Shown here piece after piece: positions 14,805 to 29,770 of a stretch of 64,000 bases of DNA. This DNA is from the human T2T-CHM13v2.0 reference genome, Homo sapiens. The first letter of the stretch is position 1. Every line of letters starts with the position of its first letter. The position numbers were made by a program, and so were the translations under genes. The notes below the pieces were generated by a model, which saw only the letters and a program-made list of their open reading frames with translations, ran no database searches and had not been told where the DNA came from. The DNA is taken from assembly GCF_009914755.1 (NCBI RefSeq), contig NC_060934.1; one strand, given 5' to 3'.

Positions 14805-17800
14805 CAGGAAGCCGAGCGCGCACCACGCCCTCGGGGCTCCATCCCCACTCACCCCGGCGCCTCTAGCCGCTCCACCCGCACCCCCAGTTCGCGCTGCGGC
14901 GGCCAGCCTCTTCCCCGACGGCCGACCGAATGTCCCTCAGAGCTTTCCGTGACCGGCCAGGGCGCGTGGCTGTCCGGAGCCCCTCCACGTTCCCCAGCAG
15001 CAGGCCCGGCTCTCTCTGATCAGCGAGCGCGGATGCCGGTCTCCTCCCTCCCTCTGCCGGGCTCCAGCCCGACGCCAGGCCGCTGGGGGCAAGCGCTGTG
15101 CTTTGGAAGAGGAGAAAAGCCCCAAATAAACAAAAACCCAAAGCCCATTCAAGTTCAGGGGTGGAGAACTGTTGGCATCTGAATTTTAAAAAGATCGCCG
15201 GGACTCCCAACCACCACCAAACACCCTCTTGTCCACCCCTCCCCCCCCGCCCCCGACACCATCCCACCCCACACACCCCACGCCCGCGTCCCGTGAACCG
15301 AACCGCCAATGCGCCGCAACCTTCTCGGCAGTCACACCTGTGTCCCCGATGCCATCTGCCCACGTCTGTGTGTGAAGCAAACCCCGCTGGCAGACGGGAT
15401 GGAGAGAGATGGCTCCTCCAAACCAGAATTAGGAGGAAAACCCCGCTGAGGGCGTTTCAAAAACCCAACAGGCGAGCGGGGAAACCTGCATTGTCAGACC
15501 TGCTGGGCCCTGAGTTCTAGCCCCATGCACCGCGCCGAGCTAATTCTCCCGGCGACTCTCTGAGGGGTTATTACCACGTAATAATTGATGAGGACACTAA
15601 GGGCTAAGAGGAGTTAATTAACTTGTCCCTAGTTACAGAGTTGGAAGTCAGGGATGGATCTTAACTGGTGGGGCTGTTCCGAGGGCCTGTGAGAGACTGG
15701 GTTTCAGCCCAGAGCCCAACACAGCGCCGGTAGAGAAAGTATCGGGTACATTTTTGCCTGCTAATCCGGCGGTAGGAAGTCAATTACATCTTTGATGACT
15801 CAGATTTTTGAAACAGCCCCATACAACTTCCAATTACGGGGGCAAATATAATTGTGAAAGTCTATGGGATTTGGAGATGAAGGAGTAGGCCATCAAAACA
15901 TAACCCAGAACTTAACTTGTTTTGGAAAAAAACATTTTATGGAAAATTTCCAACATATAGGAAAGAAAAGAGAATATTATAGTGAACTCCCATGCACCTG
16001 TCCCCAACCTCCAAATAACGAAGGCAAATCTATTTTATGGTCAATCTATTTCCTCCCCTCCTTCCCACGGACTCTGCCTCCCCAGCTGTCAAAACCTACA
16101 CACACACTGCTTCCCCTATTCACACAGATTATTTGGAAGTAAAACCTGGACCTTGCCACACTTAATCTGCAAGCATTTCAGCATGTACTGTCAAGAGATG
16201 ACCACATTACCAAAACTACAATAGCATCAACACAACCACAATACCAAGATATACCCACAAACTTCACATTCCTAAACACCCTGGAGTATCCAGCTGGCTG
16301 AAGCTTTATTTTAACCACAATTCCTGGCTAGAGCTTGGTTTTCACTGAGTTTCAGCTCTAGGGCCAGAATGACCTGGGTTTGGATCTTGATTTTTTTTTT
16401 TCTTTTCACTTATTAGCTGAATGACTCGGGGGCATGACTTACCTTCTCTCTGAGTGTCAGTTTAGTGCAATCTCACATGGTTGTTACAAAGATAAAAAAA
16501 CAAAACAATGCATGTAAAGAGTTTGGCATAAGCCAGGGAATAGTATCTGTTATTTCTCCTAAAGCTGGACTTCGGTGAGATTTTAGCTAACGAAGGCTTG
16601 AAAATTAGGTTTGAGTTGGGGCATCAGAAGTTTTCACGTTGCATGGAGGGTAAGACTAGAGCCAGGGATGCACCACCACACCCAGTGATCATTCATGAGT
16701 TCACCCCTCCCAGGATTAACAACTGAACTCTCAGTGATGTCTTATCTTATAAGGCTCTAGTCTTATCCTCCATGCAATGTGAAACCTTTTCAGGTTCTCC
16801 AAGGATCCTCCTAGGTCCGACAGTCATCGTGGGCTTTTCTTGGGGGCAGTGCTGGTCTTTCTCCCCTGTATTCCTGCCTCTAGCATGCGGCTGGGCACAT
16901 GGGGTCAGTGCTGTCTGCTGAAAGAATGGTTGATGACATCATCCCATCACGTGGCCTTTGCATAGCCAATTCCTTCTGCCTGAGACATTTATGCCTTTTC
17001 CCTTAGCTTAATTAACCCTCTCTGAATGGGTCAAATTCCCCTGGCATATGCTCTCAGAGGACCTCAGTGCACTTTCTCTTCAGAGGGTTTATCACTGGTT
17101 AAAACGTTAGATTTATTTGTTACTTATTTGTGTGATTACCAGATAGTCTTTCTTCTGTTCTAAACTTCATGAGGGCAGGAATCATGGCTGTTTTCTCATC
17201 ATTGTATCTTTAGCACTTAATGCAATGGCTAATTGTTGAATGCAAGTGGTTTTTATGGTAGGGGGGAGTAGCTAGATTCAGAAACTGGTTTAACCCTAAC
17301 CCTCACCCTAATCAGCAGTCATAGTAGCCAATTCACAATGCACTATTTCAATATGTTGTATAGGAAATTAATCTCCAGGCAAACTATTGCGCTACCAGGC
17401 AAACTATTCTGGAGGTAATACAATAGAAAGATCTAGTTAAGATACTTGAATCATACAGATTGTTGAATAAATTTTAAACACACAATGAGAAGCAAGAGGA
17501 AAGAGATGGGGTAGGTTAACACATATACCACAGAAGCAGGTGGGAAGTCCCCTTCCTGAATCCTGGGCCATTTAATATGCAATGTTCACATATTGCCTCC
17601 CACCCATATCCCTCCCACCCATATTAACTTTCTTTCTTAATGATGTGGTTACAAGGACCATAATTGAGGATGAGTGAAGGGACCCAACAGAAAGAAGGTG
17701 CCCGAGGCAACGATACACGCTTTTGCTATTGGAGAGCCAGGGGCAAGTTCTCCTGGCCACAGCAGGAGCATCCATTAGCCTCCTGAACAGCTCTCTCTGT

Positions 17801-19347
17801 TTATCTGTGCTTCTTGGGCAGAACACAACTGGGACCATAATGGGTGTCACCGATGGATGAGTGGCTGATTTTGGGAATCAGATAGCTGTCAGCCCTGATG
17901 TAGCATGAATGTATCTTACAACTTGGTCTTTTAATGTCTCTCTATTGGTCCATAGCACTCTGGTTTGTTCTATTATATGTTCCACTTATTGTATCTGTCT
18001 TCAACATCTCCCACAGGTTATTGATTTACTCATTATCCATGTGAATTCTGTGAGTTCTTCCTGAGTCTCACAGCTCCATCTTATTCATCCCCTCTTCTAC
18101 TTAACACATACTATGAATTTTGCTTACATCTTATAATCTACGGACTTGCTTGCTCTCCACATCTCATACTTATTATGAATGTATCCATTTGCTTTTCTTA
18201 CCTTCTGAAGATTCCCAAATAAAACAGTACACAGGCACTACACAACACATTTATTAAATGCCTACTGTGTGCTAAGCATCATACTAGGCATCGGTAATCC
18301 CGACAGGATTCCTCTGAAACTTTCCATCTAGTGGAAAGACAGTTAACTAATCCCCCAGTCCTGTGAAATGATCCACTGTGTCAAGTGCCAGGCAGGGCTG
18401 GGGGAGGTCTCTGCTGTCCCAGGAATGTGGAAGTGGGCAGTCCAGGAGAGCTTCCTTGACGATGTGGCATCTGAGGTCTGAGATCTGAAAGGTGAGCTCT
18501 AGTGTCCTAGGGTTTCAGAAATCCCTAATAAATAAACATCAAGGCAAAGTGTACTTTTGTTTGCACTATCTTAGTTTTGAGTCATATTTTGACTATTTCT
18601 TGTCCAACTTTGCCAGAGAACACTAACCTGTTGTAGTCCCCCAAAAGCACGAATGTTATGTTTTATACAACGATTGGAATGAAACACACCTATTGGCAAA
18701 AGATGCTGCACAACAGTGTTTAGGCTTACAAATGGTTCTAATGGGGATCAACAGCCTATAATTAGAATTTAACAATCCAAGAAAGGAGTAATATGCACCC
18801 TGCGGGACAGATTGGAGTCTTTTTCTTTAGTTCTGCAGGTTTGGTGGGTAGACTGGCTCCCGACTTCCCTCCTACAATAACTGTCCTACTGAGGTAAACA
18901 TGTCACAAACAAGAACAATGAGATCACCAATAATATAACACTAATACCATAAACAAAAGAAACACCACCTTCGGCTCTGGTGGAATGAAAAACACAATGT
19001 GGACCAACTAACAGAGCTATTTAAAAAACAAATTACTCACAGCCAAGCCTTCATAGCTCTCCAAATGCAATTTTCCAGGAAGCTCGGTAACAAGCAGAAG
19101 TTTTTCCTGAGACGTACTAGCTTTTGCTGGTTTGGTTGCAGATCTGAGGTGTTGGACAAAGAAGAAAATGCCCCACATAAACCCACCATGACACTTATTC
19201 TCCCGGATTCCTCATTTTTCTCCCAACGTGAGACATTTCTAGTCACAGGTTACTGTAAATGGAGAGTCTTGCCAGCGTCAGTTCATCAACGACATTTTCC
19301 TAAAACCTCAGGCTTTGCACAAATGCCAAAACCCTCATCCTTGATAA

Positions 19348-19615
<268 letters not shown>

Positions 19616-20224
19616 TAACAGCCTCAGGAACTGCCCTTCCAACTAGAACCGAGCCAGACTGTCACCACAAACATCAGAGGAGTCTCAGCCCTGTTCCTCA
19701 TTGCCCCTCTTCCTCAAGCTGCCCTGTGAAATGGGGATGCTGGGGAAGGCAGAGGCAATGGCATGAAGGCTCTAGGCCATTTCAGAGGAGGCACTAGCTG
19801 ACATGAGGATGAAAATCACTGATGAAGGGGCTTGATCATCCCTGAACCAAAACCCTGAGTGTGCACCATCTTGGACAGAGTCTGCATTTTTGACCATGCA
19901 TGAGAAGAAAGAGAATGCAAGTGCTCTCTTCATTCAGAGTTTTGAACCCAGATGCCTCAGAGGGCGCCTTCCACCCATCTCAGCTACAAGTCATGAATGG
20001 CAAATGAGACCTGAGCAGGGGAGGCCTGGGGGACAGCAGCAGCTCCCTGTTGGTCCTGTCGTCCCTCTTGAAGGTGCCTGCCAGTGCAGGCCAGGCTGGA
20101 GGCTGCAGTCATCTCTTGGTAGAGGGCAGGAGGAACTCAGGTCTGCCTGCCCTCTGAAGCCTTTCCAGACATCCCCAGGAATGGCTGCCGTTACCCAGTA
20201 GTCACGCACGCCTCAGATACATTG

Positions 20225-20591
<367 letters not shown>

Positions 20592-21439
20592 TGAACCCCC
20601 AAACCTGAAAGTCAGGGCCAATTCTCTCTGCCTCCCCCACTAGGTGAGGTCTTAGATTTTGCATGAAAACTAAAGGCCCATGAGCCCAAGGGTTCTCCCC
20701 TCTTTACAACTGTCTCCAAACTTAAAGAAGGAAATTGCTGGCTGAGTATACCCCCAGAAGAAGGAACAAGTGCTAGTGACATATTCACATGAGGACGGAA
20801 GCCTCATGAATTCAGACTATTCTAAGATACAGGTCATCTTAGGTGGGCTTTGTCATGCTTTTGGACGTGACTGCTGCATCTCCTTCTAGGAGAATTGAAC
20901 CACTTCATCCTGGCAGCAAAACACACTGCCCACATCCCCATCCCAAACCGAGATGAGGGTCTGCAGTAAGAAGCGGCACATGGAATCTATAGCCGGAGTG
21001 GTTCTGACTTTAATTTCAGTGCCTGGAGAACACAGTCACAGCTCTTATCACTGTTCACAGGGCAGCTGGGGGAAGAGGGGCACTCAGGAATGGGGCTGGG
21101 ACTCCTCTGATGTTCGAGGTGACAGTCTGGGCTCTGTTCTGGTTGAAAGGGCAGTTCCGGAGGCTGTAAAGCCTGGCAGAGGAGGGGAGGGGAGCGAGGG
21201 TGCTAGGATTCAGTCCTCTGGAGAGAACACTACAGACTGAATGCAGAGGCAGGAGTTCTGATTTGGAGATCATTTGGGTCTGAAGTATTTGAGTCTGAAA
21301 TGAGGGAAACTCACGGTGGAGGACAGCTATTCTGTCACTCTGCAGATCCAGCATTATTCCACCATATGCTTTTCACGAATTAGTAGTGAAGTTACAATCT
21401 TGGGCGTTTTAAACTGATCTTTGCACCTGCTGGTGGCAG

Positions 21440-22350
21440 AGAACAGCATTTCCCCCGCCCCCGACTTCCTTTATGAGCTGGGAGGAAGCAAAATCCAGCT
21501 CTATTGTTGGAGCTCCCTCTGGTGGCAGTTTCCGAAAACGATCCAGCCCTGAGGATTTTGCGGAAGGTAGGCAACACCGAGGCATCCTGGGCATTCAGTA
21601 GGAAGCAATGAGAGGAAAGATCCTTGGCCCTTTCAGAGATGGGGCGAAGGGTCAGCTGTCCCCTCTGCAAGGTGGCAGATTCAGAAGAGTTGGAATTCCT
21701 CCGGAGTCGGCCCTGCCAACATGCGCACGTGTCCTGCGGGGTCAATGATCTGTGCAGACGACTTGGAAATCCGCTGCGTGCCGCCCAGGCGCGTGCATCT
21801 TTGCTTACCCTTTCCTAGATCGGTCTCAGCCCCGCAAGCAGATTGGCAGCTTCTGGGGTGCTGGGACGGCGCCCCCTCCTGCCTTCCCGCTAGCATCTGG
21901 CAGGGACTGGAGTGCTTCCTGGAGACCCGTAGGCCGGGGACAGGTCACCAGGTGAAGCAGCGCGCCTCCGGAGCTGATGCTGGGTGGCCGACTGCGTCCG
22001 CCACTTCTCCTGCCCGCCTGCCCGTGCTGTGTGCGTCCTCATAGGTCTTGACAGATGGTGGCGGCTTTGACAGTTCGTCAGCCCCGCGTGGACACTCGTC
22101 CCCAGTCACTGCTCTCGGATCGCCAGCTCTGCTTGAGAGACGTGGCGCAGCTGGGGTGGGAATTTGGAGGCAGCGGTGAAATGGGACGGGAACTGTGCTG
22201 TAGGAACAACAAAGACAGGTGCTCATGTCACCACGCAGGCATGGCTTGTGCTGAACGCCGGAGAAAGGCTCAGGGGAGCAGGAGGCTGCAGCACCGAGAG
22301 CATGGGACGTGAATATACGAGACCTGGGTTCCAGGCCTGGCTCCGTGGCT
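21440..22350. promoter_or_regulatory. Smaller CpG-rich island
   Basis: Local CpG enrichment; TGCGCACGTG (NRF1-like plus E-box) at 21722-21731; CTCF-like motifs on both sides. Confidence 0.65.
21512..21525 (-). promoter_or_regulatory. CTCF motif
   Basis: Minus strand CCACCAGAGGGAGC, one mismatch to CCASYAGRKGGCRS. Confidence 0.55.
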
Positions 22351-22599
22351 CTGGGCCAATTACTGCCCTCTCTCAACCCAGTTTCTGTATAATAACCCTG
22401 GTTGGACATGATGTTTTCGAAAGATCTTTTTCCAGATCCAGTATTTTCTTTAATATACATACATATTTTCTAAATGGCTGTTGGCTTGTTAAGTGGACTG
22501 GGGATAATTGCTACCGCTTTCAACGAGAGAAACTCGAGAATCTGAAACTCAGTATTTCTACGAATTTGCGCAACATGGGAGGTCATCGCCTGGACACCA

Positions 22600-22613
22600 C
22601 TGCCCCCTTGCGG
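22600..22613 (-). promoter_or_regulatory. CTCF motif
   Basis: Minus strand CCGCAAGGGGGCAG. Confidence 0.55.
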
Positions 22614-22872
22614 CAACTCATCTAAATTTGTAGGTGGTGACAAGGAATTCAAGGGCTTGAGGGTTCAGGCCTTATAAACTTGGGTTTATAAAGCGGTTGG
22701 ATAATGTCCCCAAAGCTTTATTCATCCCTGGAAGGAACTGTAACTAGATCAGAGGCTTTATCTGCTTGATGCCATAATGCCTTTCCCCTGCCCTCAAGAC
22801 AGTTATTTACAGGCACCCTCTAAGTGGATCTAGAGCCAGATTACCCAAATCCACTTGCAAATTAACTCAGAT

Positions 22873-22942
22873 TAAAATTTGCAAGCTTCTTGGGAGCGGA
22901 GTGAGGCGGTTAAAAAAAAAAGAATAAAATTTGCAAGCTTCT
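22873..22942 (+). mobile_element. Micro-retroinsertion (21-nt body plus A-rich tail) with 17-18 bp TSD
   Basis: TAAAATTTGCAAGCTTCT occurs at 22873-22890 and 22925-22942, flanking TGGGAGCGGAGTGAGGCGGTT-A10-GAA. Confidence 0.8.
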
Positions 22943-23059
22943 GAGACCTAGTATGCTCCTACTCCAGAGCGGATTCATTGATAGAGGAGATGACACTAAG
23001 TCCATATGGTATTTCTGGTTATTAAACACCCCATTTGTATGGACATAATCTTTTCTCTT

Positions 23060-23920
<861 letters not shown>

Positions 23921-23927
23921 AGTTCTC

Positions 23928-24181
23928 TCCAGGCTGGAGTCCAGTGGCACCATCTCGGCTCACTGCAGCCTCTGCCCCTGGGCTCAAGTGATCCTCCCAC
24001 CTCAGCCTCCTGAGTAGCTGGGACTACAGGCACACGCCACCACCATGCCCAGCTATCTTTTTTGTATTTTTAGTTGAGACGGGGTCTTGCCATGTTGGCC
24101 AGGCTGGTCTTGAACTCCTGAGCTCAAGTGATCAGCCTCCCAAAGTGCTGGGATTAGAAGCATAAGCCACCTTGCCCGGCT
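23928..24181 (-). mobile_element. Alu (J-like), tail end missing
   Basis: Starts abruptly at CCAGGCTGGAG; J-type GGGCTCAAGTGATCCTCCCACC. Confidence 0.9.
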
Positions 24182-24261
24182 GAAAGTGCTCTTTAGAGTG
24201 AAGGGTCATTAAGAGGGGATGGATGACAGTGTCCTCCAGGATATGCCAATTCCTAACACCT

Positions 24262-24630
24262 TGAATTAGGCCATTCTTGTGTTGCTATTAAGAATACCCG
24301 AGGCTGGGTAACTTAGAAAGAAAAGAGGTTTAATTGGCTCTTGGATCTGCAGAATGTATGGGAGGCATGGTGCTGGCATCTGCTTCTGGGGAGGGCGTTG
24401 GGAAGCCTCCAATTATGGTGGAAGGCAAAGGGGGGTTATGTGTATCACATGGAAAAAGTGGAAGCAAGAGAATGAGGGAGGAGGCCCCACCAGTTTTAAA
24501 CAACCAGATCTCATGTGGACTAACAGCGAGAACTCCCTCATCATCGAAGGGACGGTGCTAAACCATTCATAAGGGATTGAGAATCACATCAACATGAGAC
24601 TTGAGAGGGACAAACATCCAAACCACATCA
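24262..24630 (-). mobile_element. MST-type MaLR LTR
   Basis: TTGCTATTAAGAATACCCGAGGCTGGGTAA...TTTTAAACAACCAGATCTC...ACAAACATCCAAACCACATCA. Confidence 0.8.
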
Positions 24631-24904
24631 CACCTCCTTGTTGATTCTCTGGTATCTGCCACAGGTTTGTGGGCTGGCTGGTTTGGCTTTGCTTCAGATG
24701 GGGTTCCTGGGGCCTCTGGGCACCAGGTGTCTAGGAACAACAGCTCCCAGAAAATGCTCTTCTTATGGTGCATAACAGAAGCCCGAGGGGCTAAACCAAT
24801 CCATGCAAACACATTCAAAACCTTGGCTGCCATCACGGCTATTTCACTGGCTAAAACAAGTCACGTGACCAAACCAAATTTTAATGGAGAGGCCATGTTA
24901 ATAC

Positions 24905-25373
24905 TGTGAAAGAAAAGTATCTTGGGACCCCAAAATCACTAAGCTAAAAGAAAAACTCAAGCTGGAAACTGCTTAGGGCACACCTGCCTCCCATTCTATT
25001 CTTCTATTCAAAGTTATCCCTCTGCTCACTGAGATAGATGCATATCTGATTGCCTCCTTTGGAAAGGCTCATCAGAAATTCAAAAGAATGCCACCATTTT
25101 CTCTCATCTACCTATGACCTGGAAGCCTCCTTCCTGCTTCAGGTCTTCCTGCCTTTGTTTCCAATTGTCCTGCCTTTCCAGACTGAACCAATGTACTTCT
25201 TACATGTATTGATTGATGTCTCATATCTCCCTAAAATGTATAAAACCAAGTTGTGTCCCAACCACCTTGGGCACATGTCATCAGGACTTCCTGAGACTGT
25301 CACGGGCGCACCCTCAACCTTATTTTAACTTTCCAAATTAACTGAGACCTGTCTCAGATTTTCTGGGTGTACA
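24905..25373 (+). mobile_element. MER4A-like ERV1 solo LTR
   Basis: TG...CA termini with 4-bp TSD ATAC (24901-24904, 25374-25377); MER4-type text GGGACCCCAAAATCACTAAG and TGTATAAAACCAAG. Confidence 0.8.
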
Positions 25374-26140
25374 ATACTCACCAGCTCTATCAGGCAGCAC
25401 TGCAGTCACATGGCAGAGGGTGTGGCCGTATCATTCTCTTACAGGCAAGGATTAAAGGATTGGGGACGGTCATCTTCCCCCCAACTCCCAATGAGGTTTC
25501 TTAGCTGTAATTTAAATGCTTAATTTACCTTTTCTCCGACATATTTACATTTTATCAAAGACATTCATGATCTTCATACAAAAGACTTTGTACTGTGGGA
25601 TATTTTTAGTTAGCGATCCCCCACGCCCAAGTGTGGAGCAGCCAAGCATCTGCAAGAAATGCCTTCAGGGAAGCTGGGCTCCCACTCAGTGGAAACCTTC
25701 AGTCTCCTTTAACCTCAGCCTTTTAAGGACCATGAATCAATAAGTGGCATAAATTATTCACCTCGCGGAACATTCTCAGAAATGGACAGCAGGCTGGAGA
25801 AATCGCCAGCAGGAGATGTGTTCTTGCAGTGTTTGGGCCTCTGCTCACCTTCTGAACGGCTGGAACTTTCTATTAAAAATTCAGATTTCAGAGAAGAATG
25901 AATCTAAGCTGTTCAGAGATTTCAATGAGACTCCATGTTTCCTTTTCAGACGCAACTAACTGGTCTACGGGGCCTCTTCTGCAGGGTCGAAGGGAAGCGC
26001 TTGTGTGCAGACTTGCTCAGTGTCAGGAGCAGCTGGCTGCCTCCCTGATGTGATCTCAGACCTGGTGAAAGGACCTGGCCTCTGCTCAGAAAGGTCTTTT
26101 CTCCTGGTGAACTGAGACATCAGAAGTTCATTCCATTTCT

Positions 26141-26560
<420 letters not shown>

Positions 26561-26959
26561 TTATCAAACACCAATCACCCACCCACTTTAAACATTTACT
26601 TCTCTCTTGTCCTCTCTGTCCTGGTAATCTTAGCTGTCCGGGTTTCTTCAGATTCTCAGCTCATTCTTCTCACCCAGCTCTGCCATGGTTCCCCATCCCT
26701 GTGCCACACCTGGAAACTGAAGGCAGTAAGCTGCGACAACCTTAGGATTTCCCCTTGTTTCAGGGGTCACTGTCCTTTGTTGCTTGATGTCCAGTTTTTC
26801 AAAAAACCGTTGCTTCATATAATTTAACTTTTTTTTTCAGGTGGGAGGATAAATCTGATTTTTGTTTCTTCATCTTGACTGAGCAAATGACTGTCTTTGA
26901 GTTCATTAATTCTGCCTTCTATTGTGTTCAATTTTCAGTCAAATGTATCCAGTAAGCTA

Positions 26960-27648
26960 TTTTTTTAAAAACTAGACTTCATTTTTAAAGAGCAGTTTTA
27001 GGTTCCCAGCAAAGTTGAGCAGAAAGCACAGAGTTGACATATACCCATACCTCAATGCATGCAAAACTTCCCCACTATCAACATCCCACACTTGAGTGGT
27101 ACATTTGTTCAATCAATGAACCTACATTGACATCATTATCACTCAAAGTCTGCAGTTTACATTAAAGTTCACTCTTGGTGTTGCAGATTCTATGAGTTTG
27201 CATAAACGTGTAATGACATGTACCCACCATTATAATATCATATAGAGTAGTTTCATTGCCCTAAAAATTCTGTGATCTGTTTATCTCCACGCCCATCCCC
27301 ACTAACTCCTGGAAATCACTGATATCTTTACTGTCTCCACAGTTTTGCCTTTTCTAGAATGTCATATGGTTGGTATCATGTAGTAAGTAGCCTTTTGGAT
27401 TGGCTACTAGTAACATTCATTTAAGTTTCCTTCATGTCTTTTTATGGCTTGATGGCTCATTTCTTTTGAATGCTGAATAATATTCCATTGTCTGGATGTA
27501 CCACAGCTTATTTATTCATTCAGCTGCTGAAAGACACTTTGGTTGCTTTCAAGTTTTGGCAATTATGCATAAAGTTGCTACAAATACCCATGTGCAGGTT
27601 TGTGTGTGGACACATGTTCAACTCATTTGAGTAAATACCAAGAAGCAT
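26960..27648 (-). mobile_element. Old L1 (L1MC/MB-like) 3' region
   Basis: GAGCAGTTTTAGGTTC, CCTACATTGACATCATTATCACTCAAAGTC, TATTCCATTGTCTGGATGTACCAC. Confidence 0.8.
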
Positions 27649-28702
<1,054 letters not shown>

Positions 28703-28909
28703 TGCAGGACCTAATGATTAATTAGACTTTAAATTAGGAATAATTAATTGGACTTTAAATCAATCACTGGCCGAAAGTCAGCCTCTGGCTCCTATTCCTT
28801 GCCTAGACAATCACCCAGGGTGCTGGATGGGGCAAAAGGGAAGTTTCTTTCACAAAGAGGACATATATATATATATATATATGCTTTCACAAAGAGGACC
28901 ATATATATA

Positions 28910-29477
28910 AGGTGGGGTAGCCAGGGTTCTTCAGAAAAACAGAACCAATGGGATATATAAAGCCATAGAAGAGGAGATTTATTGTCGAGATTAGCTCACT
29001 CTATTATGGGGACTAGAAGTCCCCCAATATGCTGTCTGCAAGCTGGAGACCCAGAAAAGCCAGTGGTGTAATTCAGTCTGCGTCCAAAGGCTGAAAACCA
29101 GAGCCGCTGGTGTTGTAACTCTCAGTCCGAGGCTGACGGCCTCAGAGACTGGGGGACCACTGGTGTAAGTCCCACAGTCTTTAGACCCAAGAATTCAGAG
29201 TTCTGATGCTCCAGGGTTCTGATCAGAAGAAGGATGCCCCCAATCAAAATGAGAGCAAGTTTGCCCTTCTGCCACTTTTTTGTTCAATGCAGGCCTTCAA
29301 TAGATTGGATGATGCCTGCCTGCATTGGTGAAAGCAGACCTTCTTTACTCAATCTACTGGTTCAAATGCTAATCTCTTCCAGAAACATCCACACAGACAC
29401 TCCCAGAAATCATGTGGTGCCAGCTATCTGTACATCCTATGGTTCAGTCAAGTTGACACATAAAATTAACCATCACA
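28910..29477 (-). mobile_element. MLT2-type ERVL LTR
   Basis: CAGGGTTCTTCAGAAAAACAGAACCAAT...GTCAAGTTGACACATAAAATTAACCATCACA. Confidence 0.8.
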
Positions 29478-29611
29478 AGTGGCTTAAAAGAAATAGAAGT
29501 TGATTGGTCTCTTGCTGATGTCCAGAAGCAGCAGTTCCAGTTTGGGGGCAGCTCTGCTCGACCCAGCCATTAAGTCCAGGGTCTTCCATTTGTTTCCCTT
29601 TTATGTTCCAG

Positions 29612-29770
29612 GGCAGTGGTTTTTCCAAGTGTGGTCCCTGGACTGATAGCATGAACATCATCTTGGAACTTGTCAGAAATGGAAGTTCCCAGGCCCCATG
29701 CCAGACCTACTGAATTGGAAACACTAGGGGTGGGACCCAGCTATCTGACCAAGCCTTCCAGGTGAGTCTC
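29612..29770. mobile_element. MER5A hAT MITE fragment
   Basis: CAGTGGTTTTTCCAAGTGTGGTCCCTGGAC...CAGACCTACTGAAT. Confidence 0.7.

Larger units (their letters stand above)
11580..15560. promoter_or_regulatory. CpG island cluster containing MIR3663; probable promoter of its minus-strand host transcript
   Basis: CpG-rich blocks at 11.6-13.2 kb and 14.0-15.56 kb, separated by MIR fragments. The host-transcript role is inferred from miRNA orientation; exons cannot be defined from sequence. Confidence 0.75.

Noticed and set aside
11893-15520. ORFs of 270, 246, 177 and 166 aa
   Set aside because: Same GC-rich artefact; several start at non-ATG codons and show no homology I can recognise.
22055-22312. 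85-aa ATG ORF just after a possible acceptor (CTCATAG)
   Set aside because: No recognisable protein features; expected by chance in GC-rich DNA.
28846-28910. CTTTCACAAAGAGGAC repeated around (AT)n; similar short duplications at 5670-5726 and 9614-9640
   Set aside because: Consistent with local slippage duplication; no A tail with a unique body, so not called as retroinsertions.
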